A stretch of 64,000 nt of DNA, from IMG/VR virus record IMGVR_UViG_3300042509_002208, positions 15,111 to 79,110 of that record; one strand, given 5' to 3'. The notes under the pieces were generated by a model. It was given only the letters and a program-made list of their open reading frames with translations, was not told the DNA's origin and did not search any database. Position numbers and translations under genes: made by a program. Source of the DNA: a virus. Positions 1 to 9,722 of the stretch are shown one piece after another (positions within the stretch are counted from its first letter, which is position 1; each line of letters opens with the position of its first letter).

Positions 1-2
1 GG

Positions 3-215
3 CTACAAAATCGACTCCTCATTGGTTCAAACAGGGGCGTAAGCCTTCAAATGATGGCATCCGATATGCCATCTTATCCCTTTGAACCAATTAATATCTC
101 ACTAAGGGGTTACGTTGGTCAATATAGAACAAATGCACAAAGCTGGACTTTTGATTCTCAGGGAATTATAGCTAGTTGTGATGCCCTGTTCTGGGGAGCG
201 GTAGGGAAAGAATAA
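3..215 (+). CDS. C-terminal end of a virion structural protein (partial, begins before the window)
   Basis: Open frame LQNRLLIGS...DALFWGAVGKE* whose stop overlaps the next start (TAATG). Confidence 0.7.
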   Translation, partial: LQNRLLIGSNRGVSLQMMASDMPSYPFEPINISLRGYVGQYRTNAQSWTFDSQGIIASCDALFWGAVGKE

Positions 216-1441
216 TGAGTATCACTAACGCAAATATTATCACCAGAATCCGAGCATCAGTTTCTCGCTCAAATTCGAATGGATGTACTCCTCCGGTAGA
301 AGAGGCATGGTTCCCTTTGCCTCCAAGTATTACAGCATTTCCCGTTTCTCCTGGAGTGATAGACCTGCCTCCTGTCCCCGCCGAGACGATAAACGTAGAA
401 CCGATTCCGGCCGAATCTGCAATACTACCAATAGACTTTGATTTAGACAATCCAGATATCTGCGCTTTGTTTACATCTATACTTAGCGAAAGTAATGATC
501 CTGTTTACGCGAGAGAGCTTGAGGTTCAAACGTTAATTCTCCCATTTAACGAAATCATCGTTCACACAGCATTGCTTAGAGCGTATTTGAATTTAAATAG
601 ATATTACTATAGCCTGAAACCAAGGCTACAGGATGCTCCGTTGGATTTGAGGGTTTTATATTATATCACTAGATTGTATAAGTTCAAGAAAACTAATATA
701 AATTATGATATAGTTAGTCAAGATGCAGTAACAAGGAAAAGCTGGAAATTAGCCGCAGCAAGTGGAAGCTTGCTGATGGAATTCCCTAATTCCGCGATAA
801 GACCAATTAAACTGTTTGGAGAGGCCGGTTCACTAGCTCTTAGTTTTGCAAACGCCTCAGTTGGAATACCTGGAACATTTTCGTATGGCTGGGAAAGTAC
901 CCTAGAAACAGGTGTTGGCAGTGCAAGTCCTGTCAATGTATCCTACAGGCGAAACATTCATTTGACGGTTTATCCAGCATCTATTCTGCTTGCAAATGGA
1001 GCCAGGGCCGGCGCAAGGTTCATCAACCTGCGTTGGTATGTCGTCAATTCAGTTCCCGCTGGTAACTCCATACTTGGCATGAATATTCGATTATACCATA
1101 CAACCTCAACAACCGCAAACTCTGCTGTCAATGCAGTCAATGGTATTAAGACCACCGTTTATAGCGATTCTAGCACCACGCCATTCCTTAAAGCAGAAAG
1201 CCTTGGCGTTCTACAAGTTGATTTCAGTACGCCATTTGTGTGGGACGGTGTTAATTCACTGGTTGTGGAAACCTGTACTTCGCAAAATGAAACCAACTAC
1301 ACTTCCAGAGGAAGCCTTCGTGCAATCGGAACCGCAACAGTAAGAAGATATAACTGGACAGACAGCGCTGGAAGCAGTTGTAGTACAACGCCAAGCGATA
1401 CCGCTCAGGCTTATATATCAACTCAGATGGATTACGAGTAA
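215..1441 (+). CDS. Virion structural / fibre-associated protein with a C-terminal beta-rich domain
   Basis: 408 aa, Pro-rich N-terminus, Thr/Ser-rich C-terminal domain (FSTPFVWDGVNSLVVETC), in the structural module. Confidence 0.6.
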   Translation: MSITNANIITRIRASVSRSNSNGCTPPVEEAWFPLPPSITAFPVSPGVIDLPPVPAETINVEPIPAESAILPIDFDLDNPDICALFTSILSESNDPVYARELEVQTLILPFNEIIVHTALLRAYLNLNRYYYSLKPRLQDAPLDLRVLYYITRLYKFKKTNINYDIVSQDAVTRKSWKLAAASGSLLMEFPNSAIRPIKLFGEAGSLALSFANASVGIPGTFSYGWESTLETGVGSASPVNVSYRRNIHLTVYPASILLANGARAGARFINLRWYVVNSVPAGNSILGMNIRLYHTTSTTANSAVNAVNGIKTTVYSDSSTTPFLKAESLGVLQVDFSTPFVWDGVNSLVVETCTSQNETNYTSRGSLRAIGTATVRRYNWTDSAGSSCSTTPSDTAQAYISTQMDYE

Positions 1442-1447
1442 AAACTT

Positions 1448-1457
1448 GGAACACTAG
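1448..1457 (+). promoter_or_regulatory. Putative late promoter element GG-N4-CTAR (GGAACACTAG)
   Basis: Same motif recurs upstream of many structural genes. Confidence 0.6.
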
Positions 1458-1486
1458 CGCATTGTTGACTTAAGTCAGTTCATTCG

Positions 1487-1930
1487 ATGGCTGCCTTTAA
1501 TAAGTTTCATTGTTTCTCGAAAGATCTTGCTCATAAAAAGCACAATCTTTCTAGCGATGTATTGAAGGTCTATTTGACCAATAGCGCTCCAGTAGCGGCA
1601 ACGAATACTGCCTATGATGGCACGACTGGAGTCACTGGTCCTGCTGAGATTGCTGCTGGTAATGGATATACGGCTACTGGATCTAGTGCTACTGTAAGTA
1701 GCAGTGATCAATCCAGCGGTACTTATCGATTAATTCTGCAAGATCCCCCAACCTGGACTGCAACAGGCGGCACAGTTGGCCCTCTGAGATATGCTGTTTT
1801 ATACAATTCGTCAAGTACTGGTAAAGAATTAATTGGATGGTGGGACTATGGCGCCAGTGTCACACTTCAAGACACTGAAACGCTTGCAGTTGACCTCGAT
1901 CAAGTTAACGGCGTTCTGACGATTGCCTGA
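1487..1930 (+). CDS. Conserved phage virion/tail-fibre subunit protein
   Basis: MAAFNKF...LKVYLTN...EIAAGNGYTATG...LIGWWDYG family, common in phage structural modules. Confidence 0.7.
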   Translation: MAAFNKFHCFSKDLAHKKHNLSSDVLKVYLTNSAPVAATNTAYDGTTGVTGPAEIAAGNGYTATGSSATVSSSDQSSGTYRLILQDPPTWTATGGTVGPLRYAVLYNSSSTGKELIGWWDYGASVTLQDTETLAVDLDQVNGVLTIA

Positions 1931-1932
1931 TT

Positions 1933-2607
1933 ATGGCTTTAACAATCTCTTTTAGTCCCAGAGAGCTTGAGCGAGTCGCTTTAGCGGCTTATGCTGGCAA
2001 ACGTCTGAGAGTATTCTTGGCAATCGTCAATACAGAGACATACAATAGCTCCACCGCTGTAGCGACGTGGGAAGCGTTGGAGGTTGTCGGTAATGGCTAC
2101 AGCAGTTACAAAGAAATCATTGATCTAGGGTTGTATGATGGGACAGATACTCGGTACGAGCTTGGCGGGATTGACACGGCAGGAGGATATATTGATGCAG
2201 AATTTAATGCAACTCCTGGCGGTGTTGGGTTTACATATAACAGAGTTGTAGTGGTAGTGCAAGACGAGTCTTCCTCTAATTTAATTACATATACTGAGCT
2301 AACTTCTGACGTAGCAACTGTTACCACGGCCTCTAGTCATGGTCTAACCACTGGTGACGAAGTAGTAATTTCCGGAGCAACAGACAGCACATACAATGGT
2401 GTTTATGTTGTTACTGGTACTCCTACAGCTACCAGTTTTACTTTTGATAAAATTCACGCTGACATCACTTCCGCAATAAGTGTTGGCACAGTGAAGACCT
2501 ATGCTGACACTGCCTATCCTCATTCCGTCTTAACGGAAGGTCCTGACATAACTCTGGCTCCCGGTCAAGTCATTACATACAGGATTCAGATCATCGTTGA
2601 TGATTAA
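1933..2607 (+). CDS. Virion structural protein
   Basis: Related to the preceding gene (EVVGNGY), with an inserted HGLTTGDEVVISG..YNGVYVVT..TATSFTF beta domain. Confidence 0.65.
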   Translation: MALTISFSPRELERVALAAYAGKRLRVFLAIVNTETYNSSTAVATWEALEVVGNGYSSYKEIIDLGLYDGTDTRYELGGIDTAGGYIDAEFNATPGGVGFTYNRVVVVVQDESSSNLITYTELTSDVATVTTASSHGLTTGDEVVISGATDSTYNGVYVVTGTPTATSFTFDKIHADITSAISVGTVKTYADTAYPHSVLTEGPDITLAPGQVITYRIQIIVDD

Positions 2608-2618
2608 GTTGTGTATTT

Positions 2619-4835
2619 ATGACAACAGAAATAACCGTTGAAATAAAAGGTGGCGAAACCATACTGGACGCTGCTAAGACGGTACAAGCTAATGCAAGGG
2701 CAGATTACGAAGAACAGAAAAAGGAAAAGAAAGCTAAAGATACTGCAGAAGCTGCAGAAACACAACGGCAAGCAGATGAAGACGATGAATACAAGGGTGG
2801 CATCCGCGAAGATGAAGAGGAAGATAAACCTGAGAACAGACCAAAATCAAGAAAATGTGGTTTTTGGATTTTTAAAGATTACTTAATAGGTCGGCCTGAC
2901 TACGGAGAAACGGGAACTGATGTCCCTGAGGAAAGAGTCGATCTTGATTATGACACTTTCCAGTTAAGCGTAGGAACAGGTGATGGTAAAAAATGGGCTA
3001 CTCATTATTTTCAGGGGCCTGCAGGCAAGCCAGCTACTGAAACCAATGTAACAGGAAGTGCCACATTCATTGGCTACTTAAGTTATATACAATTTTACAC
3101 TCAGAGTTTCGGAACCGTTTACACGCTACCAGAAGGCGCGACCGTCGTTCCGTATGACCCAGCGTATTATTTAAATCCTTTGAGTCCTCCACCGTCTGGC
3201 ACTTGTCCGGATGGCTTTTGCTGGACGCTATTTTTCCCTGATGAGCTGAATTCGGGTCCTGGAAGATCCCGAAAAAATGTAACTGTGGTAAAGAAAGGAA
3301 AACCTGTTAATGCGTATGAGCCCACAGTTGCCAACCAGGCTATTTTCAATTTTCCGATCAATAACAAGAAAACTATCGTAGTAGCCGCAAATTGGCTTGG
3401 CTGGAGTATGGGTACCGGCGGCGAGATATACGATGGCGTATTGCCGGATGAATACTTTTTACATCCCCAGAATATTACTCAGCCCAGTATTAGAAGTACT
3501 GTATATTATAAGTATCCAGGAGGCGAGGAGACCGGATGGCAGCCAATCTATGGTTATTACTGGTTGATGGATCCGACAGACGAAACGAGTATCATGAACT
3601 TGAGCCGTTTAGGTCAGTTACTTCCCCTTGATAGCTCTATTATTCATAATTATCAAGGCCAAAGTGAGACAGAAGTAGTTGGCTTTGCTGTCGGCCCTAA
3701 TAATGTCAAAAAGCTAGACAGCATTCCGGCTGAAGTCGAAGCAAAAGTAAGAGCAAGATGTCCGGCTCCTTTCTGGGATGAATCGAATATTTATTGGGGC
3801 AGATGGAATTTCCGCGATGTGGTTGATAACATACCTGGATACCCACAGCAAATTGATGACATCTACAATAATGCTAGCTGGGAAATGAATCCAGATGCAC
3901 ACTGCATGGGGATTGCCAGAAATATTTTTTACAGATGGGTTGAATTTAGCTCGCAGGACTTGCCCTATGACTACTGGAATCGAGCAGAATCATTTGATGC
4001 TGATTATCTAGATAGAAGTTCTGTTATGACGAAGCAAATTCTCGGAGCTTCTCCTGGTATATATGATTCTTATGATCTAGATTTGCAGGATCATGCTTTT
4101 TATAATCACTTTGGAAAAGGATCCTGGTATGATAGCTGGAGTTTTACGTATTCAGTCAGAGATTCTTGGCTGTCTGATTATGGAGATGTTAGAATTCATG
4201 CGGGAGACATCAGAGAAGGCGCATGGCAGTGGATGAGAAATATAGATGAAACCGATACTGACGACAATCCACCCTGGCATATAACCGTAAACGATCTTGC
4301 CTGGTTATATCTAAGACCGGATGACAGGCAAGCGTTTATCGATAATTATAAGCAATACAATGCTGTAAATACTTACGATTTCACCCCGGCTCAAATTAGT
4401 TATCTTAACAGTGCTCCCGAAGATCCTGTTTTTAGTTATATATATTATGCAAGAAATGTTGATGCAGAGAAGTTGATTGATGGAGTCAAATGGGCAACGG
4501 ATGGATACGGCGGAGCCTGGACCGATGCGAATTCACCAGCGTTCGATTACAATGATGATCCATTCTATGATGTCCCTTACATGGATATTGAAGATCCACA
4601 CTGGATGAAATATAGATTGAAGACAAAATTATCTAATCAAAGAGTTTGGCCGCCTAGCATCAGCAGTGGTTTCGATGATCCAGTCCCAGCGAATGTCCCG
4701 GCTTCCTCAAAAAGCAGTCATCCACTTGCAAGAGGTGGTCTTAATCTTAGCTATGTTATCAATACCGCTTGGGATAATGATTACTCTCAAGTTTTGTTGG
4801 CTATGGGATTCCAGGCTGGAGACTTGAATGTTTAA
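2619..4835 (+). CDS. Large virion structural protein (tail/baseplate or receptor-binding candidate)
   Basis: 738 aa, charged helical N-terminus then a Trp/Tyr/Asp-rich body. Confidence 0.55.
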   Translation: MTTEITVEIKGGETILDAAKTVQANARADYEEQKKEKKAKDTAEAAETQRQADEDDEYKGGIREDEEEDKPENRPKSRKCGFWIFKDYLIGRPDYGETGTDVPEERVDLDYDTFQLSVGTGDGKKWATHYFQGPAGKPATETNVTGSATFIGYLSYIQFYTQSFGTVYTLPEGATVVPYDPAYYLNPLSPPPSGTCPDGFCWTLFFPDELNSGPGRSRKNVTVVKKGKPVNAYEPTVANQAIFNFPINNKKTIVVAANWLGWSMGTGGEIYDGVLPDEYFLHPQNITQPSIRSTVYYKYPGGEETGWQPIYGYYWLMDPTDETSIMNLSRLGQLLPLDSSIIHNYQGQSETEVVGFAVGPNNVKKLDSIPAEVEAKVRARCPAPFWDESNIYWGRWNFRDVVDNIPGYPQQIDDIYNNASWEMNPDAHCMGIARNIFYRWVEFSSQDLPYDYWNRAESFDADYLDRSSVMTKQILGASPGIYDSYDLDLQDHAFYNHFGKGSWYDSWSFTYSVRDSWLSDYGDVRIHAGDIREGAWQWMRNIDETDTDDNPPWHITVNDLAWLYLRPDDRQAFIDNYKQYNAVNTYDFTPAQISYLNSAPEDPVFSYIYYARNVDAEKLIDGVKWATDGYGGAWTDANSPAFDYNDDPFYDVPYMDIEDPHWMKYRLKTKLSNQRVWPPSISSGFDDPVPANVPASSKSSHPLARGGLNLSYVINTAWDNDYSQVLLAMGFQAGDLNV

Positions 4836-4838
4836 ATT

Positions 4839-4961
4839 ATGGATACCAATATCTACGAAAAGGCCAAGATCGTTCAGATGATAGCCAGGATTCAGGCCAA
4901 GAAGAAAGCCTCCCAATTGGCGATGCTTCGCAAGTTAAAGGATAAGCCAAAGAAGCGATAG
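4839..4961 (+). CDS. Small basic protein, 40 aa (MDTNIYEKAKIVQMIARIQAKKK...)
   Basis: ATG-TAG ORF filling the intergenic gap; not in the supplied track. Confidence 0.6.
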   Translation: MDTNIYEKAKIVQMIARIQAKKKASQLAMLRKLKDKPKKR

Positions 4962-5000
4962 GCATACTAACGCGCAATTTAGGCGTGATGCCTGCTCCCA

Positions 5001-5738
5001 ATGTCCGACGACAATCAGCAAGCACCTGAGACGGGTGCCATTCAAGGCAACGAAAATACTTTTAGCGGAAACGAAGACAACAAAAGCTATAGCGAAGAAG
5101 AGGTTCAAAACCTGCTGAAAGCGCTAAAAGCTGAGCGTGAATCGCGTAAGATTTACGAAAAAGAAGTCAAGGAAAAGGCGGCCCAGCTAGAAAAGTTCGC
5201 CCAGATCAACCCTGACGAATATCGAAAGCTTCAAGAAGAAGCTGCTATTGCTGCACGAGAGAAGGCGGCAGCGGATGAACGCACCTCTTTACTTGAAGAG
5301 AAGTACGGCGCTCAGGCCGCTGAGGCAGTCAAGAAAGCTGATCTTGCACAGCAAGAATTGCTTGAATTCCGCAAGCGGTACGCTCTCGAAAAGGTGTTCT
5401 TTGCTGCTGGCGGTCGTACTGATTCCGCTGATGGGATTTCATTCTTTGATATGATCTTCAATCAGATCGGAACTCAGTTCAGGCTTGAAAGCAATGGTAA
5501 CGTAACCGTTGTTGACGCCAGTGGTGATCCTGTGTTGGATTCTGATTCCGGGAAAAGGATCAATCCTGAGGATTACTTGTCCGGCCTGAAGAATCATCCA
5601 ATTTATGGAACCTTCTTCAAGGGCAACAAAGGCTCTGGCGCTGGCATTGGTTATGGCGGCACTGACGCCAATGGTGTTACTGGTGAAGATCTTGCCGGCC
5701 TAAGTCGAGACGAAATTTTCCTTCGGGCGTTTGGTTGA
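5001..5738 (+). CDS. Capsid scaffolding protein
   Basis: Coiled-coil acidic protein ending G-S-G-A-G...SRDEIFLRAFG, directly upstream of the capsid gene. Confidence 0.85.
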   Translation: MSDDNQQAPETGAIQGNENTFSGNEDNKSYSEEEVQNLLKALKAERESRKIYEKEVKEKAAQLEKFAQINPDEYRKLQEEAAIAAREKAAADERTSLLEEKYGAQAAEAVKKADLAQQELLEFRKRYALEKVFFAAGGRTDSADGISFFDMIFNQIGTQFRLESNGNVTVVDASGDPVLDSDSGKRINPEDYLSGLKNHPIYGTFFKGNKGSGAGIGYGGTDANGVTGEDLAGLSRDEIFLRAFG

Positions 5739-5745
5739 GCAGACG

Positions 5746-5770
5746 AAAACCGGCTTCGGCCGGTTTTTTT
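5746..5770 (+). terminator. Intrinsic terminator
   Basis: AAAACCGGC-TTCG-GCCGGTTTTTTT. Confidence 0.9.
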
Positions 5771-5785
5771 GTGATCAATTATCTT

Positions 5786-5828
5786 TATTGCGATTCTCAA
5801 TAACTTAATATTATTGAGAATCGCAATA
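5786..5828. repeat. Perfect 18-bp inverted repeat with 7-nt spacer
   Basis: TATTGCGATTCTCAATAA-cttaata-TTATTGAGAATCGCAATA. Confidence 0.95.
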
Positions 5829-5830
5829 TT

Positions 5831-5840
5831 GGTATTCTAA
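5831..5840 (+). promoter_or_regulatory. Putative late promoter of the major capsid gene (GGTATTCTAA)
   Basis: GG-N4-CTAR motif between the terminator and the structured capsid leader. Confidence 0.65.
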
Positions 5841-5963
5841 GGTGAAGTACCCAGCCCTGAACTGGTTGTGATGACCTATCGGGGAGGGTCTAGCGCAATC
5901 GGAACGTGATGTTCTAAAGGCGATTTACCTTTCCTCAAATAGTTATCATCAACTAGGAGAAAC

Positions 5964-6866
5964 ATGGCTCTTACTCTTGCAGAGGCTAAAAAGCACGCCT
6001 CTAACCCCCAAGAACTGGCGATCGTAACCGAACTCGCCGCCGGTCCTCTGCTTCAGAATCTGCCTTTCCGCGAAGTGCAAGGCAACGGTCTGTTCTGGAA
6101 GCGTGAGGAGTCCCTCGGCGACGTGGGCTTCCGTGCCTTCAACGATGGCTATGCCGAAAGCTATGCCACCGTCAAGCAGCAAAGCGAAGCGCTGAAGTTG
6201 TTCGGTGGTGACATCAAGGTTGACCGTGCCATCGTCGACCTGGAAGGCCCCGAAGCTCGCGCTTACCAGATCCAAGCCAAGACCCGCGCAATGCGTCTGG
6301 CTTTCGAGGCTCTGTTCATCAATGGCGACTCCAACAGCACTGGCGCTGAGTTCGACGGTCTGGCAACCCGCCTGCCCGCTGGCGACTACGCTACCAACTC
6401 CCAGGTGATCCGCAACGCTTCCAGCGCTGCTGCTCTGGATCTGGGCAAACTGGACGAAGTGATTGACGCCGTGGACGCCCAGGGTGGCACCAAGTACATC
6501 GTGTGCTCGAAGTCCGCTCGCCGCGCTCTGACCAAGGCCGCTCGTAACAGCAGCCAGATCGACATCATGCGTGATGAATTCGGCTATCAGCAGACCGTGT
6601 ATGGTGGCCTGCCCGTGCTGGAAATTGACCGCGACCACCAGAACGTGGCAATCCTGGACAGCAACCCTGCTGATCAGTCCCTGTATGTCGTGTCCTTCGG
6701 CAACGATCTGCTGACCGGCCTGCAGAACGGTGGCCCTCAGGTGCGTGATCTGGGTGAAGCAACCGACGCCCCCGTCCTGGTGACCCGCGTTGAGTGGTAT
6801 TGCGGCCTGGCTCTGATCAACGGCCGTGCTGCTGCTCGTCTGACCAACGTGAATGCAACCGCCTGA
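5964..6866 (+). CDS. Major capsid protein (HK97 fold)
   Basis: 300 aa; FINGDS...EFDGL and TRVEWYCGLAL...AAARL motifs; strong SD (AGGAG); highly biased codon use; follows the scaffold gene. Confidence 0.93.
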   Translation: MALTLAEAKKHASNPQELAIVTELAAGPLLQNLPFREVQGNGLFWKREESLGDVGFRAFNDGYAESYATVKQQSEALKLFGGDIKVDRAIVDLEGPEARAYQIQAKTRAMRLAFEALFINGDSNSTGAEFDGLATRLPAGDYATNSQVIRNASSAAALDLGKLDEVIDAVDAQGGTKYIVCSKSARRALTKAARNSSQIDIMRDEFGYQQTVYGGLPVLEIDRDHQNVAILDSNPADQSLYVVSFGNDLLTGLQNGGPQVRDLGEATDAPVLVTRVEWYCGLALINGRAAARLTNVNATA

Positions 6867-6887
6867 ACCTAGGCGCTAGCTAAGATT

Positions 6888-6914
6888 AAGGGGTCCTAAA
6901 AAGGGCCCCTTTTT
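6888..6914 (+). terminator. Intrinsic terminator after the capsid gene
   Basis: AAGGGGTCC-taaaaa-GGGCCCCTTTTT. Confidence 0.85.
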
Positions 6915-6947
6915 CGTATGGAAAACTAGTCAGACTAAGGATTGTCT

Positions 6948-8147
6948 GTGATTTTTTCGTCGTCCGATATTGAACGCTTAATCGGCGACGATCCGATTAT
7001 CAAGGCAATTTGCGATATCGAAATAGTCGACGCAAAGCCTGCCCTGAAGGCCGGTAGTGGTGTTGTTATTTATATTAAACGATATCCTGAGCTGTCCGAA
7101 TTTGAAGCAAGGTGGGATATCTGGATTATTGACTATGACAACGAACCAGTTGATGTTGTTATCCGTCAACTGAGAAAATTACTGCCTCGATTTACACTTA
7201 TTGAAGAAGGCGTAATCATAAAAGCCAGCACAACAGAACTTAGATCTGAGCGAACCGAAACTGAGATAAAGATCGAGCCAGTTGCAGTTACAGAAGATCC
7301 TTATGAAGAGAAGTTCCAGGATCTCCTTCAATCCATAGAAGACAGGATGCTGCTCGTTGGTCCTGGCAGATCAGGACGTGACGGCAGAGATGGTAAAGAT
7401 GGCATTAATGGTAAAGATGGCATAGACGGCAAAGATTTAGAAGTTACTGAAGTTGAACTTGGCGATCTCAACGATGTCTTTATTTCTGACGCAAATCGTG
7501 GCCAGTTCCTCATGTTTGATGGAGCTGGTTGGATTCCACGCTTTGTTCCTCAGGTATTCTCAGGTGGCGGTGGAGGTTCCAGTGAAGGCGGTGGAGGAGA
7601 CGGCACAATGCCGGAACCACCAGATGATGGCAGATTCTATCTTCGACAAGTCAACAATGGCGCAGGCCAGTGGGTTGATTTACTGACTGCACTGAATGCA
7701 TTGTATCTTGATGGTGGTGATTTTGACGGAAGAAGAGTTAAGACTTCTACTGGTAATTACGTTGTTACTGGATATAGTTCATCTCGTTATATCATCAAGA
7801 CGCTTCCTGCGGATAGAGGAACGTTTATTGCATCGGGCGAAAATGGTTCGTTCTTGTTTGATCGGATACTTAAAGCCGATAGCGTTGACTTAATCGTTGC
7901 CGGTTCACCTGCAACAATATCAGCTTCTCGTATTGTAACGGCTGATGCAGCCAGCTTTACTGTAACAGGTCAATCAGGAGATGATATTATTGGTTATCGT
8001 ATTCTTGGAGCAGTTGGCAATATTGACCTGACTGGCTCAGATGGTCAGATTCGTTACAACGAACCCGATGTTCAGTTTTATGGAGATTGGGCTGCTCAAA
8101 ACTATGGTTACCTAAGTGAAGTCTACCCTGACGGATGGGCTGGGTAG
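6948..8147 (+). CDS. Mosaic virion protein with a short collagen-like (GXD) stretch
   Basis: GRSGRDGRDGKDGINGKDGIDGKD, LGDLNDV..GQFLMFDG..W repeat, internal LDGGDF; GTG start chosen from SD spacing (track starts at 6942). Confidence 0.65.
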   Translation: MIFSSSDIERLIGDDPIIKAICDIEIVDAKPALKAGSGVVIYIKRYPELSEFEARWDIWIIDYDNEPVDVVIRQLRKLLPRFTLIEEGVIIKASTTELRSERTETEIKIEPVAVTEDPYEEKFQDLLQSIEDRMLLVGPGRSGRDGRDGKDGINGKDGIDGKDLEVTEVELGDLNDVFISDANRGQFLMFDGAGWIPRFVPQVFSGGGGGSSEGGGGDGTMPEPPDDGRFYLRQVNNGAGQWVDLLTALNALYLDGGDFDGRRVKTSTGNYVVTGYSSSRYIIKTLPADRGTFIASGENGSFLFDRILKADSVDLIVAGSPATISASRIVTADAASFTVTGQSGDDIIGYRILGAVGNIDLTGSDGQIRYNEPDVQFYGDWAAQNYGYLSEVYPDGWAG

Positions 8148-8174
8148 GTAACCTAGTTGGAATAACTGAGGCGC

Positions 8175-8528
8175 ATGACAGCTCCAAATTTGTTGTCGCC
8201 AACAACAGTAACTGGTAAGACAGCAATTGCTGAGCTGACCACTTCCTTGGTTGCGATCATCGATAATCCATCGGCTAGCGGCAAGGTTTTTAAGATTAAT
8301 ACAATTAGGGCAGCTAATATCACGGGCAGTGCTGTTACTATCAGCGTTTGCCACCATAGAGGTCAGCATAATTATCTGCTGAAGGATGGAGCCCTTGATG
8401 GGGCAAAAACAATAATTGTGACCGACAAGAACGAATATGTTTATCTTGAGGAGGGCGATCAGTTAATGGCCTCTTCGTCTTCTGGTTCCAGTGTTCATTT
8501 AACCATCAACTACGAGGAGATTAACTGA
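8175..8528 (+). CDS. Small conserved virion protein (fibre/spike base-like)
   Basis: MTAPNL...KVFKINTIRAAN...YLEEGDQL...INYEEI family of phage structural proteins. Confidence 0.65.
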   Translation: MTAPNLLSPTTVTGKTAIAELTTSLVAIIDNPSASGKVFKINTIRAANITGSAVTISVCHHRGQHNYLLKDGALDGAKTIIVTDKNEYVYLEEGDQLMASSSSGSSVHLTINYEEIN

Positions 8529-9448
8529 TGACTTGGTCTATTTCCCACACGATTACTTACAACACCAATGCAGATAATCACACTGCACTAACTTATTTGT
8601 TTGACACTTATTTACCAAGCAAGGGTTGGACGACTGCCGCTCATCCAACAAACCCAGCCAGCTTTAGAAGAAAAGCCAAGTTCACTTGTCTTAATGTATT
8701 AACAAATACCAACTATTCCATGTATCATTGGGTGGACTGGTCGAGCACGTCCCCCACCAGCTTGTATTGGTACGAAGATGCAACGTATACAACAACTCCT
8801 GGCGATTTGTGCAATGACAGCACTAACAGTCAATCGTCCCAATATCCAATGACACTTGCTGGCGAGAACTGGAAGTTCTGCACTAGCACAGAGAATGCAA
8901 ATACGGCATTAGTGCTCAAGGGTGGAAAGGTTGCTTTTTACTGGCCTGGAATTACGGAAGGTTTATTTTGGCCCGACCCGGCATGGGCTGCAGGCTCCAC
9001 CGACAATAAGGGCACCTGGATTTGTCCAGTGATGGGCTGGTATTACAATAGTTTTGGTGTGGCCAACTCTCCCGTTACCACTAATACAGGAACTATATAT
9101 TACATGGTGCCATCAGTGGGAATGCACCCCAGTGCCAGTGCGTCTGGCCATAGACTTGGTGGCAATTATATTGGGACCAATTTTTCTTGGATGTATAGCC
9201 AAAATAGCACCAGTAGTTTTTATCCTGATTCCAGTAGTCATATTGGTTTCACGAATGGTGGACATACTGATGTAGGCGTTTGGCAGCCCGCCTCAATTTA
9301 CAACAGTAGCGATTGCCGCCAACCGTTTGCATATAGCACAAACGGGGTTACATTGCAGATCGGGTCTAATTACTGGTATAAATCATTTACTGATTTAGGC
9401 AGGCAAGATGTAATCTTTAATTTTGGCACAGTTGATCCTCTGGCGTAA
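8528..9448 (+). CDS. Thr/Ser/Tyr-rich virion protein (possible receptor-binding or decoration)
   Basis: 306 aa, translationally coupled (TGATG) in a late operon. Confidence 0.55.
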   Translation: MTWSISHTITYNTNADNHTALTYLFDTYLPSKGWTTAAHPTNPASFRRKAKFTCLNVLTNTNYSMYHWVDWSSTSPTSLYWYEDATYTTTPGDLCNDSTNSQSSQYPMTLAGENWKFCTSTENANTALVLKGGKVAFYWPGITEGLFWPDPAWAAGSTDNKGTWICPVMGWYYNSFGVANSPVTTNTGTIYYMVPSVGMHPSASASGHRLGGNYIGTNFSWMYSQNSTSSFYPDSSSHIGFTNGGHTDVGVWQPASIYNSSDCRQPFAYSTNGVTLQIGSNYWYKSFTDLGRQDVIFNFGTVDPLA

Positions 9449-9672
9449 TGGCTACCCCTGTTACGGTTGATGGGATCTTCGAGGATACAAGCATCGTTCC
9501 AGGAATGATGCTTGTAAGTGCTGTTAGCATAAGGCCACAGTATAATACATTCCAGTCTCCTGGCACTGTCGGCGATTTTGTTGATGTTGCAGCAATAAGA
9601 CCGTTTCAGGCTCCACCTGGGACAGGAACAGTTAACCCCGACTGGCGTAGACCTGATAGAGAGATCGGTTGA
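9448..9672 (+). CDS. Small virion-associated protein
   Basis: 74 aa, TAATG coupling to the previous gene. Confidence 0.55.
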   Translation: MATPVTVDGIFEDTSIVPGMMLVSAVSIRPQYNTFQSPGTVGDFVDVAAIRPFQAPPGTGTVNPDWRRPDREIG

Positions 9673-9722
9673 TTTACCTAGGAATTCTAGTTCAGTACTG
9701 ACTCTGCCGGACTGGAGCCGAT

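Noticed and set aside
174-186. Further GTGAT hairpin
   Set aside because: Flanks do not pair and the site is inside the upstream coding frame
5949-6638. Long antisense ORFs (also 13735-14280, 16411-17562, 42394-43026)
   Set aside because: Shadows of strongly codon-biased genes on the opposite strand; no motifs or ribosome-binding sites
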